Assembly: GCA_034002925.1 (NCBI GenBank)
Contig: JAVEZP010000004.1
Location: 16,626 to 80,625 of the forward strand
From: Patescibacteria group bacterium
GTDB taxonomy: Bacteria; Patescibacteriota; Patescibacteriia; Patescibacteriales; UBA12465
DNA: 64,000 bases
Direction of reading: 5' to 3'
The translations under genes were made by a program, and so were the position numbers. The notes below the pieces were generated by a model, which was not told the origin of the DNA, searched no databases, and saw nothing but the letters and a program-made list of their open reading frames with translations. Below, piece by piece: positions 37,490 to 46,686 of this stretch. Positions within the stretch are counted from its first letter, which is position 1, and each line of letters opens with the position of its first letter.

Positions 37490-39376
37490 ATGAATATAAC
37501 TGCTAATGAATTACGTCAAAAATATCTCAACTTTTTTATTAAAAAGAACCACGCTTTAATTGCTAGTGCTTCTTTATTGCCAGAAAATGATTCTAGTTTA
37601 TTATTTGTTAACTCGGGTATGTTTCCTTTGGTGCCTTATTTATTAGGTGAAAAACACCCAGCTGGTATTCGTCTCGTCAATAGCCAGAAATCTTTTCGAA
37701 CAGAAGATATTGATGAAGTGGGCGACAGCCGTCATAATACTTTTTTTGAAATGCTGGGTAACTGGTCTTTAGGTGATTATTTTAAAGAAGATCAGCTTAG
37801 TTGGTGGTTTGAATTTTTATTTACTGAATTAAAAATGGATCCCTCTAAAATCTATCAAACTGTCTATGCTGGTAGTGAAGATGGCAAGATTACTAAAGAC
37901 AATGAATCAATACAAATTTTACAACGCTTATTTACTCAATATGGCGTAAGTACAGCAGAAGGTCCGGAAACTCTAGGAAAGGGAGATGCTGGTTCTGGGC
38001 AGGAATTAGATTTTAGTAAACAAAGAATTTTTGCTTATCGAGATAAAAACTGGTGGCAGCGAGGCGATGCCGTCGGGGAATTAGGTGGTCCGGATAGCGA
38101 AACTTTCTATGATACTGGCAAAGCGCATGATCCTGCTTTTGGTAAATATTGTCATCCTAATTGTGATTGTGGTCGTTTCTTAGAAATTGGCAACTCTGTT
38201 TTTATGCAGTATCAAAAAACTAGCAATGGTTGGCAAGAATTACAAAACAAAAATGTTGATTTTGGTGGCGGTTTAGAAAGAATTTTAATGGTTTTAAGTG
38301 GAAAGAATAGTATTTTTAAAACGGATTTATTCCATTCAGTTATTTTAAAAATTGAAGAATTATCTGGTCTTAAATATGAAGAGAATAAGAGAGCTTTTGA
38401 GGTCATTGCTGATCATCTAAAAGCCGCTACTTTTATTGTTGGTGATGAAAGAGGGCTTGGTCCCAGTAATACTGATCAGGGTTATATTGTGCGTCGTTTA
38501 TTGCGTCGGGCTATTCGCTACGGTCGTCAATTAAATATTAAAGATGATAATTGGTTAGAAAAATTAGCTGCTCTTTTTATTAACGATTATGCTCAAGCCT
38601 ATCCCGAGTTAGAAAAGAATAAAGACTTTGTTTTTGCAGAATTTAATAAAGAACAGACTAAATTTAATCGTACTTTAGAGAAAGGTATTTTAGAATTTGA
38701 AAAAATTTCTACTCACGATTTAGATGGAATTAGTGCTTTTAATCTCTATCAAAGCTATGGTTTTCCTTTAGAGATTACCGAGGAACTAGCTCAAGAAAAA
38801 GGAATTAAAGTTGATAGGCATGGTTTTTTTGAAGAGCTTAAAAAACATCAAGAGTTATCACGAACAGCCGCGGCAGGTAAGTTTAAAGGTGGTTTAGCTG
38901 ATCATAGTGAAGAAACTACCAAACTTCATACGGCTGCTCATCTATTGTTAGCAGCTTTAAGGAAGGTGCTTGGCGATCACGTGGCGCAAAAGGGAAGTAA
39001 TATTACCGCCGAAAGATTACGTTTTGATTTTTCTCATCCTGAAAAAGTGACACCTGTTCAAATTCAAGAGATTGAAAAATTAGTGAATGATGCCATTGCT
39101 CAAAAATTAGATGTCGCGTGGGAGGAGATTTCTTTAACAGAGGCCAAGACTACGGGAGCAACTGGCGTTTTTGATGATAAATATGAAAATAGCGTGAAAG
39201 TATATACAGTCGGTCGTGATAATGGCAAGAGTCATAAAGATTGGGAGAATATTTTTTCTCGAGAAATTTGTGGTGGGCCTCATGTTAGCAATTTAAGTGT
39301 TTTGGGTAATTTTCGCATTATTAAAGAAGAAGCATCATCAGCGGGGGTAAGGAGAATGAAGGCGGTTTTAGAGTAA
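37490..39376 (+). CDS. alaS: Alanyl-tRNA synthetase lacking the C-terminal C-Ala domain
   Basis: LLFVNSGMFPLVPY and FFEMLGNWSLGDYFK (catalytic). Editing-domain motifs HTAAHLL and CGGPHV. The ORF ends right after GVRRMKAVLE, giving 628 aa. Confidence 0.9.
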   Translation: MNITANELRQKYLNFFIKKNHALIASASLLPENDSSLLFVNSGMFPLVPYLLGEKHPAGIRLVNSQKSFRTEDIDEVGDSRHNTFFEMLGNWSLGDYFKEDQLSWWFEFLFTELKMDPSKIYQTVYAGSEDGKITKDNESIQILQRLFTQYGVSTAEGPETLGKGDAGSGQELDFSKQRIFAYRDKNWWQRGDAVGELGGPDSETFYDTGKAHDPAFGKYCHPNCDCGRFLEIGNSVFMQYQKTSNGWQELQNKNVDFGGGLERILMVLSGKNSIFKTDLFHSVILKIEELSGLKYEENKRAFEVIADHLKAATFIVGDERGLGPSNTDQGYIVRRLLRRAIRYGRQLNIKDDNWLEKLAALFINDYAQAYPELEKNKDFVFAEFNKEQTKFNRTLEKGILEFEKISTHDLDGISAFNLYQSYGFPLEITEELAQEKGIKVDRHGFFEELKKHQELSRTAAAGKFKGGLADHSEETTKLHTAAHLLLAALRKVLGDHVAQKGSNITAERLRFDFSHPEKVTPVQIQEIEKLVNDAIAQKLDVAWEEISLTEAKTTGATGVFDDKYENSVKVYTVGRDNGKSHKDWENIFSREICGGPHVSNLSVLGNFRIIKEEASSAGVRRMKAVLE

Positions 39377-39420
39377 GACTCCTAATAAAATCAGTTATAT
39401 TTCTTTTTTCAGCTTTATAC

Positions 39421-39449
39421 TTGACAATTTTTCCTTCAGTCTATATACT
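39421..39449 (+). promoter_or_regulatory. Sigma-70-type promoter for the infA/alpha operon
   Basis: TTGACA (39421-39426), 17-nt spacer, TATACT (39444-39449). Confidence 0.6.
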
Positions 39450-39542
39450 ATTCCCATTGAGAGTAATAATAAATTACATCGCAATATTTCTAAAAAATTT
39501 TGATAAGACTGACTTTTAGTCTGTATCAATTTTTTTGTGTTA

Positions 39543-39800
39543 ATGTCAAAAGATCAAACAAAAAACCAAGCCGGTGCTGAAACTTTGAACGCTAAGGATT
39601 TTATTGAAATTCAGGGCGAGGTTTTGGAACTGATGCCTGCGGCCACTTTTCGAGTTAAGCTTGATAGCGGTCACGAAATTATGGCGCACCTTTCTGGTAA
39701 GATGAGGATGAATCGTATTAAACTTCTCCCTGGAGATCGGGTACGAATGCAGATGAGTCCTTATGATCTTAGCAAAGGGCGCATAATTTTCCGTCTCTAA
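39543..39800 (+). CDS. infA: Translation initiation factor IF-1
   Basis: The S1-like core IEIQGEVLELMPAATFRVKLDSGHEIMAHLSGKMRMNRIKLLPGDRV...YDLSKGRIIFR. The ATG at 39543 is preferred over the GTG at 39537. Confidence 0.92.
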   Translation: MSKDQTKNQAGAETLNAKDFIEIQGEVLELMPAATFRVKLDSGHEIMAHLSGKMRMNRIKLLPGDRVRMQMSPYDLSKGRIIFRL

Positions 39801-39833
39801 TTTAGAGATATTAATAGGTGTCACCCTTTGAAA

Positions 39834-39855
39834 CCGCCTGAGCGGTATCTTTTGT
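39834..39855 (+). promoter_or_regulatory. Short terminator-like hairpin between infA and rpmJ
   Basis: ACCGC-ctga-GCGGT followed by ATCTTTTGTT. Confidence 0.35.
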
Positions 39856-39891
39856 TCTATTTGTTTTGAGTTTGTAATTTTAATATAGTAT

Positions 39892-40005
39892 ATGAAAGTT
39901 AGAGCTAGTGCTAAAAAAATCTGTAAAGATTGCAAAACAGTTCGTCGTAAAGGACGAGTTGTTGTTATTTGTAAAAATCCTAAACATAAACAAAGACAAG
40001 GATAA
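39892..40005 (+). CDS. rpmJ: 50S ribosomal protein L36 (zinc form)
   Basis: Translates to [37 protein letters not shown]. Too short for the ORF track; found by hand. Confidence 0.9.
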   Translation: MKVRASAKKICKDCKTVRRKGRVVVICKNPKHKQRQG

Positions 40006-40053
40006 TTATTTGGCTTGGAAATTTCTTAATTAAATTTCCAGTTTATATTTATT

Positions 40054-40443
40054 ATGGTTATTAGAATTGCGGGTGTTACTATACCCAATGATAAAAAAAT
40101 CGATGTTGCTTTAACTTATATTTACGGTATTGGCGTTAGTCGTGCTCGTAAAATTTTAGAAAAGTTAAACATTAATCCTGAGGTTAAAGCCAAGAGCTTA
40201 AAAGAAGATGAAGTGAATGTTTTACGTGAAGAAATCGAAAAAAAGAATGTAGTAGAAGGTGATCTTCGTCGTGAAATTGCGAGTAACATTAAGCGTTTAA
40301 AAGAAATTGGTTCATATCGCGGTCAACGTCATAGTCGTAATTTACCGGTGCGCGGACAAAGAACTAAAACCAATAGCCGTACAGTACGCGGTAATAAGCG
40401 TTCTACTATGGGTAGTGGTAAAGTTAAGGCTCAAAAAACCTAA
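40054..40443 (+). CDS. rpsM: 30S ribosomal protein S13
   Basis: [24 protein letters not shown]...[22 protein letters not shown]. Confidence 0.95.
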   Translation: MVIRIAGVTIPNDKKIDVALTYIYGIGVSRARKILEKLNINPEVKAKSLKEDEVNVLREEIEKKNVVEGDLRREIASNIKRLKEIGSYRGQRHSRNLPVRGQRTKTNSRTVRGNKRSTMGSGKVKAQKT

Positions 40444-40484
40444 ACTATTAATATTGTTTTGTTATAGATTAAATTTTTATCATT

Positions 40485-41072
40485 ATGTCTGAAGAAAAGA
40501 ATTTAAACCCAGAAGAAGAAAAGCAGGAAGTAGTTCCCGCTGATATTGATGTTAAAACTTCAAAAACTAAAAATGAAGACAAAGAAGAAGTTCCATCATT
40601 TTCACTTGATACTAGCGCTGATGAGGAATTACCAGATGAAATTAAACAGAAACTGGAAAAAAATAAACAAGCTCGAGCTAAAAAGAAATTAGTTAAAAAG
40701 AGAAAAAAGAGAACCGCTCGCGTAGTTAAGGTAGGTAGAGCTTATGTAAATGCTACTTACAACAATACCATGGTTACTATTACCGATAATAACGGTGATG
40801 TTATTTCTTGGGCTAGTGCTGGTATTGCTGGTTTTAAAGGAGCTAAAAAGGCTACCCCTTATGCTGCTCAAATAATTGCTAAAATTGCTATTCAGAAAGC
40901 TAAAGAAGAATACGGTTTACAGGAAGTTAGCGTATTTGTTTCTGGTGTTGGCACTGGCCGTGAATCAGCTATTCGAGCTTTAAATGCTAACGGTTTAGAA
41001 GTTAGCGCTATTAAGGATACCACTTCCGTTCCTCATAACGGTTGTCGTCCGAAAAAACCTAGAAGAGTTTAA
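40485..41072 (+). CDS. rpsK: 30S ribosomal protein S11 with ~65-aa K/E-rich N-terminal extension
   Basis: Core [30 protein letters not shown]...[17 protein letters not shown]. There is no internal Met before the core. Confidence 0.95.
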   Translation: MSEEKNLNPEEEKQEVVPADIDVKTSKTKNEDKEEVPSFSLDTSADEELPDEIKQKLEKNKQARAKKKLVKKRKKRTARVVKVGRAYVNATYNNTMVTITDNNGDVISWASAGIAGFKGAKKATPYAAQIIAKIAIQKAKEEYGLQEVSVFVSGVGTGRESAIRALNANGLEVSAIKDTTSVPHNGCRPKKPRRV

Positions 41073-41089
41073 TTAATATTTAGTAACAT

Positions 41090-41722
41090 ATGGGAAGAAA
41101 TTTAGACAGTAATTGTCAACAATGCCGTCGTGTCGGAGAAAAACTATTTTTAAAGGGAGAACGCTGTAACACACCTAAATGTGCTATGGTAAAGCGTAAC
41201 TACCCTCCAGGTTTTCACGGTCCTACTAAGGGGCGTCGTAAATTAAGCGATTATGGTACGCAGTTAGCTGAAAAGCAAAAAGCGAAAAAATATTATAATC
41301 TCATGGAGAAGCAATTTCGTTTAACCTTTGAAAAAGCTTCCAGAAAAAGCGGTGATGCTGGTAAAAATTTCTTACGTTTATTAGAAAAACGTTTAGATAA
41401 TGTAGTTTTCCGTCTTGGTTTTGCTACTTCTCGCCAACAAGCTAGACAACTAGTTAATCATGGTCATTTTGAAGTAGATGGTGTAAAGACTGATATTCCT
41501 TCTTTTGTAGTTAAACCTGGGCAAGAGATTTCGGTGCGTATGCGTATTCGTAAGAGTCCATATTTTAAAGAAGTAACAGAGAGATTAAAAAAAGCAGAAA
41601 CTCCATCTTGGTTGAATTTACAAGCTGCAGATTTAAAAGCTAAAGTTTTACATGATCCGACCGATAATGATTTGCCAACAAACATTAATGTTCAAATGAT
41701 TATTGAATATTATTCAAAATAA
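41090..41722 (+). CDS. rpsD: 30S ribosomal protein S4
   Basis: Zinc-finger N-terminus CQQCRR...CNTPKC, and the S4 RNA-binding domain RLDNVVFRLGFATSRQQARQLVNHGH. Confidence 0.95.
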   Translation: MGRNLDSNCQQCRRVGEKLFLKGERCNTPKCAMVKRNYPPGFHGPTKGRRKLSDYGTQLAEKQKAKKYYNLMEKQFRLTFEKASRKSGDAGKNFLRLLEKRLDNVVFRLGFATSRQQARQLVNHGHFEVDGVKTDIPSFVVKPGQEISVRMRIRKSPYFKEVTERLKKAETPSWLNLQAADLKAKVLHDPTDNDLPTNINVQMIIEYYSK

Positions 41723-41793
41723 TCTGTCGTCTAACTCGTTGAGGAGGCTTAACATTAGTTAAGTAAAACAGCGAGCATAGCGGCCTATATTTT

Positions 41794-42606
41794 ATGGAAA
41801 ATATCGCCTTAGCAAAAAAAGTAGAGTTTATTGCTGGAGACAACGACAACGAAGGGGTAGTCGTAGTAGAACCTTTATATCCTGGTTATGGTATGACTTT
41901 AGGTAATTCTCTGCGTCGCGTATTATTATCGTCTTTGCCGGGCGCTGCTGTTGTTGGTGTCAAAATTAAAGGGGCTAGTCATGAATTCATGGCTTTATCT
42001 GGGATTCAAGAGGATGTTTTGGAAATTATTTTAAATATTAAGCAGTTACGCTTAAAAATTCACGGTGATGAAGAGTTGCGTTTAGAATTAAAAGTAAAAG
42101 GGAAAAAGGTTGTTACTGCGGCTGATATTACGAAAGATAGTCAGGTAGAAATTAAAAATTTAGATTTAGTAATTGCTAATTTAACTGATGATAAGGCTGC
42201 TTTGGAATTAGAAATATTAGTCCGTCCTGGTCGTGGATATCGTATGAGCGAAGGCGCTAAGAGAGAGAATAATGAACTTGGTTTCATTGAAATCGATTCC
42301 ATTTTTTCTCCAGTTTTAGCGGTAAGTTTAAATGTTGAGAGTGCTCGTGTTGGTAAAATGACTAACTGGGACAAGCTTTTAGTTAATATTAAAACAGATG
42401 GTACTTTAAGTCCAATGGAAGCTTTTAATCAATCAGCTCAAATTTTGGTAGACCAATTTTCCGCTATTTTACCAGGAGCTCAAGTAGTTGAGCCAGTAGA
42501 AGAAGTGCTTGCGGTAGAAGATGTAGTTTCTGAAGATGAGCTAGTAGATGAAGAAGCACTTGTGGAAGAAAAAACTAAAAAAACTAAAAAAACTACGAAG
42601 AAATAA
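41794..42606 (+). CDS. rpoA: DNA-directed RNA polymerase alpha subunit, N-terminal domain only
   Basis: LYPGYGMTLGNSLRRVLLSSLPGAAV and the rest of the NTD. After about aa 225 there is only an acidic tract and a KTKKTKKTTKK tail before the stop. Confidence 0.9.
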   Translation: MENIALAKKVEFIAGDNDNEGVVVVEPLYPGYGMTLGNSLRRVLLSSLPGAAVVGVKIKGASHEFMALSGIQEDVLEIILNIKQLRLKIHGDEELRLELKVKGKKVVTAADITKDSQVEIKNLDLVIANLTDDKAALELEILVRPGRGYRMSEGAKRENNELGFIEIDSIFSPVLAVSLNVESARVGKMTNWDKLLVNIKTDGTLSPMEAFNQSAQILVDQFSAILPGAQVVEPVEEVLAVEDVVSEDELVDEEALVEEKTKKTKKTTKK

Positions 42607-42626
42607 CGATTCCTTAATTTTAATAT

Positions 42627-42977
42627 ATGCGTCACAGAAACACCAATAAAATTTTAGATAGAGAGAAGGGGCCGCGCGAATTAATGTTGCGCAATTTAGC
42701 TTCCAGTATCTTAATTTATGAGAAAGTAAAAACCACCAAAGCTAAAGCTCAGGCAGTTAGACCTTTAGTAGAAAGAATGATCAGCGCTTCTAAGGCGGGT
42801 GATTTGAATGCTCGTCGTGGTTTAATTAAAGTTTTGCTCCAAAAAAATGCTATTAAAAAGGCAATGGAAGTTTTAGGCAAACGTTATTATGATCGTCCGG
42901 GTGGTTATACTCGTATGGTGAAAATTGGCGTACGAAAAGGTGATGGAGCAGAAATGGTGCAAATTGAATTAGTGTAA
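42627..42977 (+). CDS. rplQ: 50S ribosomal protein L17
   Basis: MRHRNTNKILDREKGPRELMLRNLASSIL...GGYTRMVKIGVRKGD. Confidence 0.93.
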   Translation: MRHRNTNKILDREKGPRELMLRNLASSILIYEKVKTTKAKAQAVRPLVERMISASKAGDLNARRGLIKVLLQKNAIKKAMEVLGKRYYDRPGGYTRMVKIGVRKGDGAEMVQIELV

Positions 42978-42994
42978 TTAGATCTATCTTATAT

Positions 42995-43351
42995 ATGAAT
43001 AAAATTGAAAGACAAATCCATAAAATAGATGCTAGCGGTGAGGCAATTGGGCGCCTAGCTAGTAAGATTGCTATTATTCTTCGTGGTAAGAATAAGCCAG
43101 AATTTCAGGCTCATATTGATAATGGTGATATTGTTGAGGTTAGTAATTTAGCTCAAGCTACATTTACTGGTAAAAAACTTTTACAAAAAAAGTATTTTAG
43201 CTATTCCGGTTATCAGAGCGGTTTAAAAACCAAAAGAATGTCTGAAGTGTTTAGTAAGGATCCGGGAGAAGTTTTACGTCGTGCCGTTAAACAGATGTTA
43301 CCACCTACTAAATTACGTGATAGTCAGCTAAAGCGTTTAATCATTAGATAA
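42995..43351 (+). CDS. rplM: 50S ribosomal protein L13
   Basis: IDASGEAIGRLASKIAIILRGKNKPEF...GDIVEVSN...MLPPTKL. Confidence 0.9.
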   Translation: MNKIERQIHKIDASGEAIGRLASKIAIILRGKNKPEFQAHIDNGDIVEVSNLAQATFTGKKLLQKKYFSYSGYQSGLKTKRMSEVFSKDPGEVLRRAVKQMLPPTKLRDSQLKRLIIR

Positions 43352-43361
43352 TTTATTTTCT

Positions 43362-43907
43362 ATGGAAAAGAAAACAACAACAGCTAAAGAAAAAAAGCCA
43401 ATTAAGGCCACTACTAGCACCCAAGAAGAAAAGCCAGAAGTTTTAGAGAGTGAAGAAACTCAAGGCTTTCAAGAAAGCAAAGAAAGCCGGGAATTAAATT
43501 TAGAGACTTTTGAATTTAAGGGAGAATATTTAAAATCTGTCGGTCGTCGTAAGACTTCAGTAGCACAGGTGAGAATGTATAAGGATGGTAAAGGTATTAT
43601 TGTGATTAATGGCAAAAAAGGTTCTCATTATTTTGTTGGTGATGGTATTAGTATTGCTACTCAACCTCTAAAAGTAACTGGCCATGTTCGTGATTTAAAT
43701 TTTTCTATCATTGTCAAAGGCGGTGGTGTTAGTGGTCAAATTGAAGCTTGTCGTCATGGTATTACTCGCGCTTTATTATTATTAGACCCATTATTAAAAG
43801 ATTCATTAAAGGTTCATGGTTTCTTAACTCGTGATCCTCGTCAGAAAGAAAGAAAGAAGCCTGGTCTAAAAGGTGCTCGCAAGAGACCTCAATGGAGTAA
43901 ACGTTAA
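43362..43907 (+). CDS. rpsI: 30S ribosomal protein S9 with ~50-aa N-terminal extension
   Basis: Core VGRRKTSVAQVRM...GGGVSGQIEACRHGITRAL...TRDPRQKERKKPGLKGARKRPQWSKR. Confidence 0.93.
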   Translation: MEKKTTTAKEKKPIKATTSTQEEKPEVLESEETQGFQESKESRELNLETFEFKGEYLKSVGRRKTSVAQVRMYKDGKGIIVINGKKGSHYFVGDGISIATQPLKVTGHVRDLNFSIIVKGGGVSGQIEACRHGITRALLLLDPLLKDSLKVHGFLTRDPRQKERKKPGLKGARKRPQWSKR

Positions 43908-43934
43908 AGATAGATATTGATTGCAATTATATAT

Positions 43935-43967
43935 CAAAAAATCCGTTAATTATAGCGGATTTTTTTG
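43935..43967 (+). terminator. Intrinsic terminator after rpsI
   Basis: AAAAAATCCGTTA-attA-TAGCGGATTTTTTTG. Confidence 0.65.
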
Positions 43968-44108
43968 TTTTTCACTTATAATCACACATATAATCGCTTC
44001 TAGTATATTATAATATACCAGAAAGAGGGTTCTTGTATATTTGGATATACAAGAAGTGGAAGTATAAAAATCTATATTTCCAAAAATAAGTAAAAAATGA
44101 AATAAGAT

Positions 44109-44137
44109 TTGACTTATTTCCAAATATCGTTTAAAAT
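44109..44137 (+). promoter_or_regulatory. Candidate promoter for fic
   Basis: TTGACT (44109-44114), 17-nt spacer, TAAAAT (44132-44137). The spacer contains one copy of the direct repeat TATTTCCAAA. Confidence 0.5.
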
Positions 44138-44166
44138 AGAAATATAAAATATTATATTGTCAAACT

Positions 44167-45309
44167 ATGAAAAATTTTATTGCTGGAAAATATAAAAAAC
44201 AGTTGAAAAATAAAGAATATGAATATCAAAGTTTCTCTCCCTTTTTTATAAATAGAGATTTTGATTGGCATGATAAAAGAATCGATGTTTTACTTGAGCA
44301 AGCTACAAGATTACTTGGCGAGCTTAATGCTTATTCGCATCTAGTGCCAGATGTTGATTTTTTTATTCAGATGAACGTTGTTAGAGAAGCAACTAAATCT
44401 AGTATGATCGAGGGTACTAGAACGGGGATTGATGAAGCAGTTTTACCAAGAGAGGAAATTGATCCAGAAAAAAGAGATGACTGGGAAGAGGTGCAGAATT
44501 ATATTCAAGCACTTAATTTTGCTATTGCCGAATTAAAAACATTACCTCTTAGCATGAGGTTGATTCGCGAAACTCACAAAAAGCTTTTGTCAGGAGTAAG
44601 AGGAGAACATAAAAATCCAGGAGAAGTAAGGCAAAGTCAAAATTGGATAGGAGGGTCATCTTTATCTGATGCTTTTTTTGTTCCGCCAAGTCACGAAGAA
44701 CTTCCTGAATTATTAACTGATATTGAAAAATTTTGGCACAACAAAAGTCTACATCTTCCGCTAATTATAAAAATGGGGATTATACATTATCAATTTGAAA
44801 CAATTCATCCATTTTTAGATGGTAATGGCAGGGTTGGTAGGCTTTTGATTGCTTTACAACTTGTGGAATCAAAAATTTTAACGGTACCCACTCTTTATCT
44901 GTCTGCTTTTTTTGAGAAAAATAGAAGCTCTTATTATGATTCATTAAGTATGGTAAGAAAAAATAATGATTTAGAACAATGGATTAAATTTTTCTTAAAT
45001 GGTGTGATTGATACGGCAAATGATGGTATCAATACATTTAAAAGTATTATAGATTTACGATTACAATATGAACAAAAGATTTTAAGCCTTGGTATCCGAG
45101 CAAAAAATGCTCAAAAATTAATATTACACATGTTTTCAAAGCCTATAATTAGCATAAAATCAGTAGAGCAGACTTTTGGTGTAAGTTTTAATAGTGCGAG
45201 TAGGTTAATAAACGACTTAAAAGAATTAAAAATATTGGATGAGCTTACCGGATACTCTCGAAATAGATTGTATGTTTTGAGGGATTATTTGAATTTGTTT
45301 CAAAAATAA
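44167..45309 (+). CDS. fic: Fic-family protein (class II, N-terminal inhibitory motif; C-terminal wHTH)
   Basis: Active-site motif [12 protein letters not shown], inhibitory-helix motif S-S-M-I-E-G ((S/T)xxxE(G/N)), and a C-terminal HTH-like [21 protein letters not shown]. Confidence 0.9.
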   Translation: MKNFIAGKYKKQLKNKEYEYQSFSPFFINRDFDWHDKRIDVLLEQATRLLGELNAYSHLVPDVDFFIQMNVVREATKSSMIEGTRTGIDEAVLPREEIDPEKRDDWEEVQNYIQALNFAIAELKTLPLSMRLIRETHKKLLSGVRGEHKNPGEVRQSQNWIGGSSLSDAFFVPPSHEELPELLTDIEKFWHNKSLHLPLIIKMGIIHYQFETIHPFLDGNGRVGRLLIALQLVESKILTVPTLYLSAFFEKNRSSYYDSLSMVRKNNDLEQWIKFFLNGVIDTANDGINTFKSIIDLRLQYEQKILSLGIRAKNAQKLILHMFSKPIISIKSVEQTFGVSFNSASRLINDLKELKILDELTGYSRNRLYVLRDYLNLFQK

Positions 45310-45311
45310 TA

Positions 45312-45491
45312 ATGAACAAAAAAGAAAGTAAAAAAGTATATTGGAAATGCAAAACTTGCGGAGACGAGATATTTTTTGATACAAAAAAAGTAATGACTTG
45401 GTGTAGTTGTGGTGTGATGGGGATTGATGGGTGTGAAGGGTATACTAGGATTATTGGATATAAAGATAATGCGGGATTGATTAAAAAATAA
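45312..45491 (+). CDS. Small Cys-rich (zinc-ribbon-like) hypothetical protein
   Basis: 59-aa ORF starting 2 nt after the fic stop: MNKKESKKVYWKCKTCGDEIFFDTKKVMTWCSCGVMGIDGCEGY.... Below the ORF-track length cut-off. Confidence 0.4.
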   Translation: MNKKESKKVYWKCKTCGDEIFFDTKKVMTWCSCGVMGIDGCEGYTRIIGYKDNAGLIKK

Positions 45492-45524
45492 TTATGGCAT
45501 CGATAATATAAGATTATATATAAC

Positions 45525-46625
45525 ATGGCTATAACAAAATTAGAAAATTTAAATACTTTATTAGCTAATTTAATTGAGCGTTACAAGAAATTAGTATCTG
45601 TTTTTGATTTTCCTAAAATGAAAAGAGAAATTGATCAGTTGCGACAAAAAATGAGTGCGCCTGATTTCTGGCAAGACGCTTCTTTGGCTGCTCAGATTAG
45701 TCAAAGAGCAGAGAATTTAAACAAGGATTGGGAAAGATGGCAAAAATTAGAACAAGAATTAAAATATTTACAAGAATTAGCTGGATTATTAAAAAATGAG
45801 TTTGATGCTGACTTGAGCCAAGAATTTGTTGAGAAATTACAAAATTTCAATCAGGATTTAAATGAGTTAGAGATTATTGCTTTATATCAAGGATCTTATG
45901 ATGACAGAGCGGCTATTATGACTATTAGTGCTGGCACGGGCGGGGTAGATGCTCAGGACTGGGCACAAATATTAGAGCGCATGTATTTACGTTTTGCAGA
46001 AAGACAAAACATGAAGACAGAGATTATTGATCGTGTTGTTGCTAATGAGGCTGGTTTAAAAAATGTGATGATTAAATTTTCTGGTTTGAGAGTTTATGGT
46101 AATTTAAAAAGTGAAAATGGTACTCATCGTTTATTGCGTAATTCTCCTTTTAACGCTGATGGTTTACGTCAAACTTCTTTTGCTTCAGTTGAAGTTATCC
46201 CTGATATTCCTGCTAGAGAAATAGATGTCAAAGAAGAAGATGTACGCATTGATGTATTTCGTTCTAGCGGTCCAGGAGGCCAGAGTGTTAACACTACTGA
46301 TTCAGCGGTGCGTTTAGTTCATTTGCCAACAGGCATTACTGTTAGTTGTCAAAGTGAGCGCTCACAACATCAGAATAAAGAGAATGCTTTTGCGATTTTA
46401 AGAGCAAAATTAGCTAAATTAGAGTTAGAGAAAAAAGAGGCTGAGGAGAAAAAATTAAAAGGCGAGGTGAAAGCTGATTGGGGACAACAAATTCGTTCTT
46501 ATTGGCTCTATGGTAATCGCTTGGTAAAAGATCATCGTACAGATTTTTCCAACACAAATGTTGAAGCAGTTTTAGATGGTGATTTACAGGGCTTTATCGC
46601 TGCTTATTTACGCTGGTTAAAATAA
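45525..46625 (+). CDS. prfB: Peptide chain release factor 2 (single uninterrupted ORF)
   Basis: SPF tripeptide (LLRNSPFNA) and GGQ (SSGPGGQSVNTTDSAVRLVHLPTGI). Confidence 0.93.
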   Translation: MAITKLENLNTLLANLIERYKKLVSVFDFPKMKREIDQLRQKMSAPDFWQDASLAAQISQRAENLNKDWERWQKLEQELKYLQELAGLLKNEFDADLSQEFVEKLQNFNQDLNELEIIALYQGSYDDRAAIMTISAGTGGVDAQDWAQILERMYLRFAERQNMKTEIIDRVVANEAGLKNVMIKFSGLRVYGNLKSENGTHRLLRNSPFNADGLRQTSFASVEVIPDIPAREIDVKEEDVRIDVFRSSGPGGQSVNTTDSAVRLVHLPTGITVSCQSERSQHQNKENAFAILRAKLAKLELEKKEAEEKKLKGEVKADWGQQIRSYWLYGNRLVKDHRTDFSNTNVEAVLDGDLQGFIAAYLRWLK

Positions 46626-46686
46626 AATATTATTTGTTTATTTAGTCTTTAGATTCTAGTTAGTGATATATCTTTAAAATAGAGAG

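Noticed and set aside
42569-42596. Short tandem DNA repeats (AAAAAAACT x3 at the rpoA 3' end; 15-nt x2 at 56119-56148) as CRISPR or other repeat arrays.
   Set aside because: They are in-frame coding low-complexity K/T/E tails with no spacers. No CRISPR-like repeat-spacer architecture exists anywhere in the window.
43968-45524. The Fic region as a mobile element or integrated island.
   Set aside because: There is no integrase, transposase or recombinase, no flanking direct repeats and no adjacent tRNA. It is only an accessory-looking insert.
45525-46625. Programmed +1 frameshift in prfB.
   Set aside because: The RF2 ORF is continuous from its ATG through the region where the CTT TGA frameshift site would lie, so no frameshift is needed.
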